This document shows, piece by piece, positions 1 through 8,515 of a stretch of 64,000 nt of DNA. Source of the DNA: Nitrospiraceae bacterium. Its GTDB lineage: Bacteria; Nitrospirota; Nitrospiria; Nitrospirales; Nitrospiraceae. Where the stretch lies: the NCBI GenBank assembly GCA_052389595.1, contig JBQTHT010000009.1, positions 207 to 64,206 of the forward strand, written 5' to 3'. Positions within the stretch are counted from its first letter, which is position 1; each line of letters starts with the position of its first letter. Both the position numbers and the translations under genes were made by a program. The notes below the pieces were generated by a model. The model was not told the origin of the DNA and ran no database searches. It worked only from the letters and a program-made list of their open reading frames with translations.

Positions 1-58
1 ACGAGCTACAGGAGCAGTTAGAGTCTGTCTGACACAGTGCCTGCATGGTCACGCGCTT

Positions 59-520
59 ATGTGGTACCTACTGTGGATTCTGTGGAGCGGCCTCATCATA
101 GCGGCCGGGGTCTATAACACTGACTTTGTGGCGCATTCCCATTGGGAATTCGTGCAGTGGGTTCCGACCTTCGCGGAGTTCCGCACTCCGCTCTTCTGGC
201 TTGATGTGCTCGACAATGTTGTCCTGTTTATTCCGTTCAGCTTTCTCTACTTTCGATACAAGATACGCGCAAGTAAATCCCCGAGTATTCGTATCATCGT
301 GTTCGCGCTGATTCTTTCGTGCGGCATCGAACTCTATCAGGTGTATTCCCACAATCGCCGTCCATCGCCGGTGGATATCATCAATGATGTGGGCGGGGCG
401 GTGGTCGGCTTGTGGCTGGGGCGCACCTGGCTCGTTCGGCAACGAGCCGGCGCACCGGCATATCCGCTCATTATTCCCACCCCATCGGCTCATACCCACG
501 TTCCTTCAGACACCGACTGA
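59..520 (+). CDS. VanZ-like family membrane protein
   Basis: 153-aa ORF with several hydrophobic segments. It shows the VanZ-type pattern (N..LFIPF ... ELYQ....R..S..DI.ND..G), recognised by eye. Confidence 0.6.
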   Translation: MWYLLWILWSGLIIAAGVYNTDFVAHSHWEFVQWVPTFAEFRTPLFWLDVLDNVVLFIPFSFLYFRYKIRASKSPSIRIIVFALILSCGIELYQVYSHNRRPSPVDIINDVGGAVVGLWLGRTWLVRQRAGAPAYPLIIPTPSAHTHVPSDTD

Positions 521-887
521 CGAATTGCATATAAGCCTGACTCGGTGGAGATCGTCTGAAGAGCCCGCGTAGTAGCCCGGCTGTGGCCCCGCTTGCCGCC
601 CCGACTGCGGCTCCTCTTCCTGGATTCCCAAACACAGCGCCTCCCACGGCTCCACTGGCTGAACCGATAACGGCTCCTCCGGCCGTGCTGCCTGCCACCT
701 GGCCTCCTTTTCCCTGGCTTGGTGTTGCGCCGGACTCTTTTGCGAGCTCCTTGCATGCGGCGATATCGCTCTCAGCCGTCTCCAAACCCACCTGCTGATA
801 ATGCGTGTTGGGATAGAGAATCGGTTTCGGACCGGAGCAACCGGCGATCCCGAACACGAGAGAGACCCGCAAGGCAAGAACGATCAT
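471..887 (-). CDS. glycine-zipper lipoprotein
   Basis: Signal peptide ending in the lipobox FGIAG/C, followed by a Gly/Ala-rich GxxxG run (GSTAGGAVIGSASGAVGGAVFG). It converges on the VanZ-like ORF with a 50-nt overlap. Confidence 0.55.
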   Translation of the reverse strand: MIVLALRVSLVFGIAGCSGPKPILYPNTHYQQVGLETAESDIAACKELAKESGATPSQGKGGQVAGSTAGGAVIGSASGAVGGAVFGNPGRGAAVGAASGATAGLLRGLFRRSPPSQAYMQFVSRCLKERGYEPMGWE

Positions 888-942
888 TCAGCCCTCTTCG
901 TTCCTGAGAGTCAACGTGTGCTGACGGAGATGACAGTTCCGC

Positions 943-1791
943 TCATTGCGTCTCGCGCCGTCGCAACGCTCGCATCAACACCGGGTCATTCAGCGCAACT
1001 TCGCTCAACGCATCCATCAGATGAAGTCCTCGCTTGCCCACCAGATCTTTGGCCTTGTCATACTGAAGTCGGTTAAATCGGGCGACCGCCGGCTGGCCAT
1101 TGACGATCTGGCATGCCAAGACCTCGTCCTCCACGTCCAGGGTTCCTCCCTGCTCAATCAACGTCCTCGCTTGAGGAATGGAAATCTTATGAAGCGCCGC
1201 GAACTCCTCCATGCCCCCAGTTTCAATCAACCGCCCATCCGGCATGATGCAGAGGCGCTTGAAGTGTGGCGACCAATCCTTACGGAAGTCGATGTATTTA
1301 ATATCACCCCCTTGGGCCACGCTGCGCTCCAAGGTCCGGTAGTCAAGACCGAGGTTCTTTTGCTGAAGCTTGCCTTTCAATTCGTCCGACAACGTGCGAT
1401 GAAACACCTGTGCCGCAGCCTCATCGAGTGATATCCCCCGAGACCGGGCCCATTGCTCCGCCTCGGCAAATTGCATCAGGTCCAACACCCAGGTCTGTTT
1501 GGGGGTTGCTCCCGTGGGGTCGATACGGCAAGCAAACATCCCTTTTGTCACAATTCCTGCGACTTGGGGATACACATAAATGCCTCCCTCGGTCAGCAGC
1601 GAGGTCATGGTCTCGAGGCAGATATCATAACTCTCTGAAAGGACCCGAGCATGAGCCGCCAGATCTTCCTTCTCCGTCATCGCACAGACCGTGACATTCC
1701 CCGGGGCATCGAACTCCGTATAATCCTCAACGATGTTATACAGTGCCGGCGGCTTCTCTGACTTGGTTGGCTTCCGTTTAATTTTGTACAT
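943..1791 (-). CDS. hypothetical protein
   Basis: 282-aa ORF with ordinary amino-acid composition and no better competing frame. I recognise no family. Confidence 0.45.
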   Translation of the reverse strand: MYKIKRKPTKSEKPPALYNIVEDYTEFDAPGNVTVCAMTEKEDLAAHARVLSESYDICLETMTSLLTEGGIYVYPQVAGIVTKGMFACRIDPTGATPKQTWVLDLMQFAEAEQWARSRGISLDEAAAQVFHRTLSDELKGKLQQKNLGLDYRTLERSVAQGGDIKYIDFRKDWSPHFKRLCIMPDGRLIETGGMEEFAALHKISIPQARTLIEQGGTLDVEDEVLACQIVNGQPAVARFNRLQYDKAKDLVGKRGLHLMDALSEVALNDPVLMRALRRRETQ

Positions 1792-1909
1792 CTGGGCGTT
1801 ACCCTCTAGGACTGAGGACTGAGTATGGAGGACCGTGCGAAAAGAAGTCCGTGAGAGGGCATACCTCAGTGCTTTCGTCGTTCATTGATCGGAGCGATCG
1901 CTTCGCGCT

Positions 1910-3697
1910 TTAGGATCGACGCTTCACGTCCCCATACGGCGGCAGCGTCGTCAGGCGCGTATCCTCAATTGGTCCCCCGGTCGTGAAATGATACAACGAC
2001 TGAAATGCCAGCCCCTTGATTCCCACGATCTCATGCACCGGATCGTCAAAGAAACAGCCGATGCCGGTTCCTCTCACCCCGGCTGCTTCGGCTTCGAGAT
2101 ACAACACCTGCCCCAGTAAACCTGCTTCCCAGAAGAAACGTGGATACCACCAAGCTCCATCATGCCGCAAGCGCCCTTCGAACTCGGCAAGCATCCCCAG
2201 CGAAAAGGCGCTGTCGCCTGCAATATCCTGGTGGCAACTCACTTGTGCGGCCAATTTTTTCGCATCGCCTTCCAGAAGCCAGTATAAGGGAAGATCGTCG
2301 GGACAACCCGGTGCCGGCGCCCATGTGATCTCCCCATTCATAGACTGTTGTAGAACGGACAATTTCTCTCGATAGCGGACTAGAACATAGAGACCCGGTG
2401 TCAATCCATCCACGCGATGCACGAACAGCAGGAGATGAATCGTAGGCTGCCAGGGCATCGCATCCCACGGCATCGGCCGGTCCAATGGTGAAGCCTCAGC
2501 GCCGGGCATCACGCGACTCAACATCCGATAGAACGTCGTTACGGCGATCGATGTTTTTCCGTCAAAGGCGACAGCGCTCCGGCGCTGACGAATGATCTGG
2601 CCCGCATTCTGGCCGGCGTCGCTCGTCGCTCGTGAAGCGTGAAGCGTTCCGGAACTACTGTCATGGTCCCGTAGAAGAATCGCCACAGAATCATGTTCAC
2701 TCGTAGACTTCCAGCTCGCCGAAGCCACGTCATCGATAATCTTCCACGGCACCGGATTGTCCCGGCTCAGCCGATTCGCTCGGCCATGCCAGGTTCCATG
2801 CGCAAGGTCTTTGCCTGTCGCTGGATCAAGGAACAATGGGATATTGACCGCTTCATGACACTTCACGCTTAACGTTTCACGCTTCGCATCTTCGGATGGC
2901 CACACCACCGCTAGGCAATCAGGATGCTCCCGCTCGGCATTCATGAAATCTTCACCGCGATTGGTGCCCAGCAGGGTAGCGACGGTGTGTTGATCCACTC
3001 CATCCAGCAACACCATGCTCCAGCCGAGTGTCGCGGCGGCAATCCGTGCCGTGCCAATCGCATGGCCGGCATCGTGGTTGCAGTAACGAAACCCCCGCTC
3101 GCCATACTTCCAGGCTTCCCGCCAATGAACCGACGTCAGGCCGAAAAGAAATGCGCCTTGGGGAAACGGAGCCAGCAGACGAGCCACTTGGTCAGCTGCA
3201 AACTCCGCTCGGAATTCCAACCCATGTTCCTTCGACGCGTAGTGATACAGCCCGGCCTTGAGATCAAGCCCGTCGATCTGCGGCAGCACCACATAGCCTT
3301 CCGTCGGATGGAGATTGCCGGACGACGGGTTACTCCGCAGCGCCCATTCCGACTCCCCTGCTTTCTTCCAAGCCGATAGAGCGAGAGCAAATTCGAAGAA
3401 CCTGGAAAGAGTCCGCACGGTCACAGGCTGAGTCGGGACTACTCCATGTTGATAGATCGCGTCATACGGCGGTGAAACCGGCTCTTCATCCGGCTTGAGC
3501 AATGGAAGCCGGATCAGCTGCGCTCCCTCGTAGCGTCGAAACGGATCAGGCTGATTCGCCCAGTCGAGATATCCCAACGATCGAGCATACCGATCGAAGT
3601 GATGTTTCGTTTGAATGTGATAGCGAATGACCTGATCGATCGGATCGGTCTGGCCAGGCTCAGTTGCAGTGGCTTGCTGAGAATTTTCGATACTCAT
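1910..3697 (-). CDS. SagB/ThcOx-type nitroreductase-family dehydrogenase (two nitroreductase-like halves)
   Basis: The N-terminal YH.QTKH...LDWANQPDPF motif and RSNPSSGNLHP are typical of SagB-type dehydrogenase domains. The second half begins IIRQRRSAVAFDG. No YcaO gene is nearby. Confidence 0.7.
   Translation of the reverse strand: MSIENSQQATATEPGQTDPIDQVIRYHIQTKHHFDRYARSLGYLDWANQPDPFRRYEGAQLIRLPLLKPDEEPVSPPYDAIYQHGVVPTQPVTVRTLSRFFEFALALSAWKKAGESEWALRSNPSSGNLHPTEGYVVLPQIDGLDLKAGLYHYASKEHGLEFRAEFAADQVARLLAPFPQGAFLFGLTSVHWREAWKYGERGFRYCNHDAGHAIGTARIAAATLGWSMVLLDGVDQHTVATLLGTNRGEDFMNAEREHPDCLAVVWPSEDAKRETLSVKCHEAVNIPLFLDPATGKDLAHGTWHGRANRLSRDNPVPWKIIDDVASASWKSTSEHDSVAILLRDHDSSSGTLHASRATSDAGQNAGQIIRQRRSAVAFDGKTSIAVTTFYRMLSRVMPGAEASPLDRPMPWDAMPWQPTIHLLLFVHRVDGLTPGLYVLVRYREKLSVLQQSMNGEITWAPAPGCPDDLPLYWLLEGDAKKLAAQVSCHQDIAGDSAFSLGMLAEFEGRLRHDGAWWYPRFFWEAGLLGQVLYLEAEAAGVRGTGIGCFFDDPVHEIVGIKGLAFQSLYHFTTGGPIEDTRLTTLPPYGDVKRRS
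1917..1928. repeat. CGCTTCACG-family repeat unit (CGACGCTTCACG) at the 3' end of the SagB-like ORF
   Basis: This 12-nt block is identical to part of CGAACGACGCTTCACGC at 5891-5907 and 52462-52478. Confidence 0.5.
2631..2650. repeat. tandem GTGAAGC units (CGTGAAGCGTGAAGCG) inside the SagB-like ORF
   Basis: The same 16-mer occurs at 5850-5865 in an intergenic repeat cluster. Confidence 0.55.
2861..2887. repeat. inverted copy of CGTGAAACGT-N4-CGTGAAG inside the SagB-like ORF
   Basis: The reverse complement reads GCGAAGCGTGAAACGTTAAGCGTGAAG. The same 21-nt pattern occurs at 62306-62326 upstream of recA. Confidence 0.55.
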
Positions 3698-3863
3698 GGG
3701 AACGATACCTCACAGTCTAACGAGACGCAGGAAGGAAAGTAAACGCGGGAAGATGGCTCTGAGCGTAGTATATGGCGATGATTTAGGAATCCGGATATAC
3801 TGCGCAATGAGGCCAGCATCTGCTTTAGTAAAGAGAGTGCTGCTCGCTCAACGGTTAGCGACT

Positions 3864-4478
3864 ATGGACACACCTGAACTCGATCAATCTGGTGTTTTCA
3901 TCCTGGGCGTCGACTTAGATGGTGTGTGTGCTGATTTTTACGCCGGTATCCGCCCAATCGCAGCTGAGTGGCTAGGCGTATCTGAAAGCTCTTTGACAAC
4001 AAAAGTTAGCTATGGTTTGCCTGAGTGGGGTCTTAATGCAGCGCCGGGCGGATATCTCGACTTCCACAAGTTTGCGGTAACACAGAGAGACTTATTCAAA
4101 AGCCTTGCCCCAATCTCAGGATGTCCCCAAGTATTGAGGCACCTATCCAAGGAAGGGGTCCGAATCCGAATACTTACTCACCGCTTGTACATCAAGTACT
4201 TTCACAAGCAAGCGATATCTCAGACCATCGACTGGCTCGATTCACACGGCATTCCTTACTGGGATCTTTGTTTCATGCAACATAAGACCCACGTTGGCGC
4301 AAACCTTTATGTTGAGGATTCTGAAAAGCACGTGCTTGAGTATCGTGCTGCCGGAAGTGAGTGTATCATTTTTACCAACACCACCAATCGTCACTTGTCA
4401 GGGCTTCGAGCTGACAACTGGGAACAGGTTAAAGATATAGTCCTTGATAGATATACCACGTGGAAACCTAAACACTAA
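3864..4478 (+). CDS. HAD-superfamily 5'(3')-deoxyribonucleotidase-like protein (NT5C family)
   Basis: The motif GVDLDGVCADF (DxDG.xADF) and the overall pattern resemble NT5C-type nucleotidases. The ORF is open from 3696, but ATG 3864 gives the usual length. By eye the sequence looks more AT-rich than its neighbours. Confidence 0.55.
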   Translation: MDTPELDQSGVFILGVDLDGVCADFYAGIRPIAAEWLGVSESSLTTKVSYGLPEWGLNAAPGGYLDFHKFAVTQRDLFKSLAPISGCPQVLRHLSKEGVRIRILTHRLYIKYFHKQAISQTIDWLDSHGIPYWDLCFMQHKTHVGANLYVEDSEKHVLEYRAAGSECIIFTNTTNRHLSGLRADNWEQVKDIVLDRYTTWKPKH

Positions 4479-4641
4479 CCACTTGCTGCGGACAGATGCT
4501 TGGCGACATCGACGAACTTCACCCAAGGCAAAAGTCACAGCCTATACGCACGACCTCATTCATCCCTCCCCGAGTATCCTGCAATCGGCGCCGCGACACG
4601 TGACGACGAAACAGTATGAGATATTTGGGTAAGGAGATGGG

Positions 4642-4790
4642 ATGAGTCAGGTTCAGCAAGGGATCCTTGCTCCAGTTCCACCACTAGTCCGCTATCTGTC
4701 GTTCACTATCGCCCCAGGAAAGAATCCCACCAGTTCTTTGCGCAATCTGTGCAAACTGGCCGACGATGATAAGACGGTCGGGGGATTGGT
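4642..4790 (+). pseudogene. 5' remnant of a Dyp-type peroxidase gene
   Basis: An AAGGAG RBS precedes MSQVQQGILAPVPPLVRYLSFTIAPGKNPTSSLRNL..., which matches the N-terminus of YfeX/Dyp-type peroxidases (MSQVQSGIL...). Only about 45-50 codons remain before the sequence becomes higB-like. Confidence 0.5.
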
Positions 4791-5031
4791 TTTTCGAGAC
4801 TGGTTCCGAATCAGGCATTCAAGCTCAACACGCTGCCCGTCTCCGCCTGATTCTTGGTCGTCTCGGCGCCGCCACGACCCCAAGCGACATGGCGCTACCA
4901 GGGTTAGATCTTCATCCGCTCAAGGGCGACCGGAAGGGCCTCTGGGCTGTATCTGTCAGCGGAAACTGCGGGTGACGTTTCGATTTATCGGAAAGGACGC
5001 CGATTCTGTGGACTACGAGGACTATCACTGA
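4766..5031 (+). pseudogene. higB: HigB-family toxin, 5'-truncated and frameshifted
   Basis: FFETGSESGIQAQHAARLRLILGRLGAATTPSDMALPGLDLHPLKGDRKGLWAVSVSGN lies in one frame. RVTFRFIGKDADSVDYEDYH lies in the next frame. The expected GNWRVTF is broken by a missing base near 4967-4970. Confidence 0.7.
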
Positions 5032-5043
5032 AAGGAAGTACCC

Positions 5044-5324
5044 ATGCGCATGCACAACCCACCTCATCCTGGTGAAGTCATCAAGTCGTGCCTTGAGCCC
5101 TTGGTGTCACCGTGACACAGGCGGCCGAGGCGTTGGGAGTCAGCTGTAAGACGCTCTCTGCCATTTTGAATGGTCGCGCAGGTATTAGCCCTAAGATGGC
5201 AGTCCGTCTATCCATTGCATTCGACACCACAACAGAAAGCTGGCTAAACCAGCAAACTCAGTATGACTTGTGGCACGCTGAGCGACACCGCAAACGGCTT
5301 CGAGTGGCGAGGCTGACGGCTTAG
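5044..5324 (+). pseudogene. higA: HigA-family HTH antitoxin, frameshifted
   Basis: [19 protein letters not shown] (5044-5100) is followed after a 1-nt shift near 5101-5105 by [41 protein letters not shown]...YDLW. This is the classical HigA sequence. Confidence 0.7.
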
Positions 5325-5366
5325 TGGTCCAGGTGAGCTGACGCTTTCGATTTCGAGGAGACACCT

Positions 5367-5801
5367 ATGCAATTCGATCCAGCTCTTGCCGCACAGCAGG
5401 CATTCAGTCAGACAGAAGCCCACCATGAACTCGGTTCTGACTGGCCGGATGCGGCAGGGGCAGAGGAAACCTTTTCTTCCAATGCCGGCTCTACCGCCAG
5501 AGAGGCTTATGAGCAGCTTCTGGCCATTGCTAGGCGCTCTCCTCAGGCCTACTTCTTCCAGGCCTTTTGCATTTACATCACCTGGCAACAGGTGACCGAA
5601 GAGACGATCCCGCATCATTTCCTGACCGGCGTAAAATTGTGCGAACAGTTTCTCCCCCTCGCGTCGACGCAGACCCCGCTCGCTCAACACGTGGCGCAAA
5701 TTCGGGAGCTGTATCAGTCGTTCAAAGCCGGGTTGGGCGCAGATGAGGCCGATGAGCATCAGAAGGAACTGGATCGGGACTCGTTCAAAGGCGGAGACTA
5801 A
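5367..5801 (+). CDS. hypothetical protein
   Basis: 144-aa ORF with a GAGGAG RBS 8 nt upstream. I recognise no family. The antisense ORF 5244-5759 looks less protein-like. Confidence 0.4.
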   Translation: MQFDPALAAQQAFSQTEAHHELGSDWPDAAGAEETFSSNAGSTAREAYEQLLAIARRSPQAYFFQAFCIYITWQQVTEETIPHHFLTGVKLCEQFLPLASTQTPLAQHVAQIRELYQSFKAGLGADEADEHQKELDRDSFKGGD

Positions 5802-5803
5802 GA

Positions 5804-5907
5804 CACTCGTATCTCGTGAAGCGTAGGGAAAAGACGTAAAGCGTTATTCGTGAAGCGTGAAGCGCGGTTGGTCACGCGAGAGACGAGATGCGAACGACGC
5901 TTCACGC
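5804..5907. repeat. composite CGTGAAGCG-family intergenic repeat element
   Basis: Its termini CACTCGTATCTCGT (5804-5817) and CGAACGACGCTTCACGC (5891-5907) recur identically at 52430-52443 and 52462-52478. The interior holds CGTGAAGCGT, CGTAAAGCGT and CGTGAAGCGTGAAGCG units. GCGTGAAGCG can pair with CGCTTCACGC. Confidence 0.7.
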
Positions 5908-5914
5908 GCCAGCC

Positions 5915-6697
5915 ATGTCCGACGACCACAAACATCGCGCGCGAATTTTTCTTCATCGGGGCGATCTCTCCCAGGCGCGACAATGTCTGGAGCAAGCAGT
6001 CGCGGACGATCGGGAGTCCAGGGATCGAACCGCGCTATCAGATTCGCTCGGCAATCTGGGGAACACATGCGCCCTCCTGAACGACTTCGCGACAGCCGAG
6101 CAGTGCTATCGCGAGGTGCTCGCTCTCCAACGGATGTTACACAACTCCCACACCATCGCCCACACCCTGGTCAACCTCGGCAATCTCCTGGTCGGCGCCG
6201 GCCATTCATCCAAAGCCCGCCCCTAGTATCTTGAAGCGCTCGATCTTCTCCGCTCCTTGAATGATCATCGCGCGCTCGGCGTTCTGCATAACAATCTCGC
6301 TCTGCAAGAGGCCCGCGAAGAACAATGGGAGCAGGCGATCGAGTCCTTCAAGCGGGCGCTGGACTACCACAGGACCGTCGGTAATGAGGAGGGATTGGCT
6401 GTCACCTATAGCCAGCTCGGTAAAGCCTTTCAGGATTGCGGTCGCCTCCTCGACGCCGAGCGGTGCCTCAACAACGCCTCGGAACACTTCATCAAACTCG
6501 GGAGTGAACCGGGCGAAGCCGCGGTGCTCCGCCAGTTGGCGACCCTCTACCGACAGACCGACAACCTGGTGTCTGCCCTACGCTGTCTGGAGCGAGTCGT
6601 GTCACTCGATGGTCGCTACAAACTTGACCAGTTGGAGCAGGACCGAGCCGATCTCGAATCGCTCAAGCAATCGGTTCAGAGACAGCAGGCCCCTTAA
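5915..6697 (+). pseudogene. TPR-repeat protein interrupted by an in-frame TAG
   Basis: ORFs 5888-6226 and 6257-6697 share one frame and are separated only by TAG at 6224-6226. The TPR_12-like periodicity continues across the stop (...GHSSKARP*YLEALDLLRSLNDHRALGVLHNNLAL...). Confidence 0.6.
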
Positions 6698-6777
6698 GAC
6701 GTCATCCTCCTCATCTAGCCGATACGTTCCAAACGATGCTAAGATGGGCCGGTCACCCAACCGAAAAAAGGTACGTG

Positions 6778-7095
6778 ATGGATATCGATGCTTTTCGTCA
6801 GATGGTCGCCAAGAATCCCCAAGGCTTTTTGGGACGTTACGGCCTTGGCAACAAGATCCTGCAGGAAGGCGGCAATCTCGAAGAAGCAGTTGATCATCTA
6901 CGCGTGGCCACAGAACTCGATCCCACGCACGTCGCTTCGCATCTCGCATTAGGGCGCGCCTTGGTGTCGGTGGGAAGAAATGAAGAGGCGAAACCGGTTT
7001 TGAAGGCCGGCATCGATGCCGCGCTTTCCGGTCGTTCCAGCGGGGGCGTGGATCTCGTTCCCGAGCTACGGACCCTGCTCCAACAAATAGGCTGA
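6778..7095 (+). CDS. TPR-repeat protein
   Basis: The TPR-like helices read MDIDAFRQMVAKNPQGFLGRYGLGNKILQEGGNLEEAVDHLRVATELDPTHVASHLALGRAL. The ORF is open from 6736; ATG 6778 is the preferred start. Confidence 0.55.
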   Translation: MDIDAFRQMVAKNPQGFLGRYGLGNKILQEGGNLEEAVDHLRVATELDPTHVASHLALGRALVSVGRNEEAKPVLKAGIDAALSGRSSGGVDLVPELRTLLQQIG

Positions 7096-7116
7096 GATGA
7101 ACCACGCGAGACACCC

Positions 7117-7320
7117 ATGACTCTGGATGAAGCACGGCAGCGCATTGAATCGGCAATCGAGCAATATGGCCAGCATGCGGGCATGGCTATCGATTTGGTC
7201 ATCAATGAAGTCAGCGGTGATCTTGGCCGGGAGAGCGCCAATACGCTGATCGAGGAGTTTGACCTTGAACTGCTCTATAACATCGCCCCCACGGATTCCC
7301 AAAGTTCGGGCAGTTTCTAA
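7117..7320 (+). CDS. small hypothetical protein
   Basis: 67-aa acidic ORF on the same strand as its neighbours and closely spaced with them. No family recognised. Confidence 0.3.
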   Translation: MTLDEARQRIESAIEQYGQHAGMAIDLVINEVSGDLGRESANTLIEEFDLELLYNIAPTDSQSSGSF

Positions 7321-7341
7321 CTCCGTGGGCGTCGTCCTTCC

Positions 7342-8448
7342 GTGCCATTGATCTGGTGCTCGATTTCCGGCCACGGGTTTGGCCATGCGGCGCAAATGGT
7401 CCCGGTTCTCAATCAGCTCGGCTCTCATCTCCCCCACCTGACGGCTCTTCTTCACACCACTGTTCCAGCCTCATTCTTCCACAACCGTCTGACCATCACA
7501 TGGGAGCGATTCCCGATCGAGCAAGATATCGGGTGCGTGCAACAAGACCCGCTGAAGATTGACGTCGAGGCCACGTGGACCGAGCATCAACGGTTTCATC
7601 GCGAATGGAACAGGAAGCTGGCTGAAGAAGAGGCCGCGATTCGCGCACATCGACCTGACCTCGTGTTCTCGGACATTTCCTATCTGGCTATCGAGGCGGG
7701 CGCCCGAGCCGGCGTGAAGGCAATCGCACTCGGATCCTTGTCATGGGATCTGGTACTCATGCCGTTTGTGCAGCGAGGCAACGGGGACCAGCAGAGATTG
7801 ATCGAATCGATTCAATGCTCCTACAGTCACGCCCAATGCCTCTTGCGCCCCACGCCGGGCCTATCGATGGAGGCATTCCCGCGTGTCATCGATATCGGCC
7901 CGATTGCTGAACCGGCCCGAAACGAAGCTGCTCGCCTGCGTGAAGCCATCGGAGCAGCGGCGACCGAGTGCATGGTGCTCGTGGGATTCGGAGGAATCTC
8001 CATGCAGACGCTGCCCTTCGCTCAAATGGAACAGATGACCACCTACCGGTTCGTGGTTGATGGGCCGGTTCCCGGCGAATGTCGGCGCGTCCATTCAGCC
8101 TCTGCCCTGCCCTTGTCCTTCAAAGTCCTGCTTGCCTCCGCCGACCTCGTCATCACCAAACCCGGATATGGCACGATTACGGAAGCCGTGACGCTTCACA
8201 AACCTGTGGTCTACGTCCGGCGCTATAATTTTGCAGATGAACAGTCACTCGTGGATTACCTGCACCGATACGGGCGCGGCGCCGAATTATCGACAGCAGA
8301 CTTCTTTTCGGGCAATTGGAAGAAGGCCTTGGAAAGTGCGAGAGCGGCGTCTCAGTCACTCGAACGTCCCCCTGCTCCGACCGGTGCTGCGGATGCGGCA
8401 GCACTGCTGGCAACATATTTGCGGAGCGCGGCTCGTTCATCTGCATAG
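7342..8448 (+). CDS. glycosyltransferase (GT1/GT28 MurG-like fold)
   Basis: N-terminal SGHGFGHAAQ and C-terminal ASADLVITKPGYGTITEAV...KP are typical of UDP-sugar GT-B transferases. Confidence 0.55.
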   Translation: MPLIWCSISGHGFGHAAQMVPVLNQLGSHLPHLTALLHTTVPASFFHNRLTITWERFPIEQDIGCVQQDPLKIDVEATWTEHQRFHREWNRKLAEEEAAIRAHRPDLVFSDISYLAIEAGARAGVKAIALGSLSWDLVLMPFVQRGNGDQQRLIESIQCSYSHAQCLLRPTPGLSMEAFPRVIDIGPIAEPARNEAARLREAIGAAATECMVLVGFGGISMQTLPFAQMEQMTTYRFVVDGPVPGECRRVHSASALPLSFKVLLASADLVITKPGYGTITEAVTLHKPVVYVRRYNFADEQSLVDYLHRYGRGAELSTADFFSGNWKKALESARAASQSLERPPAPTGAADAAALLATYLRSAARSSA

Positions 8449-8515
8449 AATGTAAGATCGACAGTGAAACGACGACGATCGGCGGCGTCTCATCACCGGA
8501 TCGGAGCGTGATTTC

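Noticed and set aside
5244-5759. 171-aa ORF on the - strand overlapping ORF 5367-5801.
   Set aside because: The + strand ORF has a good GAGGAG RBS and a more protein-like composition. The - strand ORF runs into the higA remnant.
6261-6893. 210-aa ORF on the + strand in an alternative frame across the TPR genes.
   Set aside because: It is an Arg/Ser/Pro-rich off-frame translation of clearly TPR-encoding DNA.
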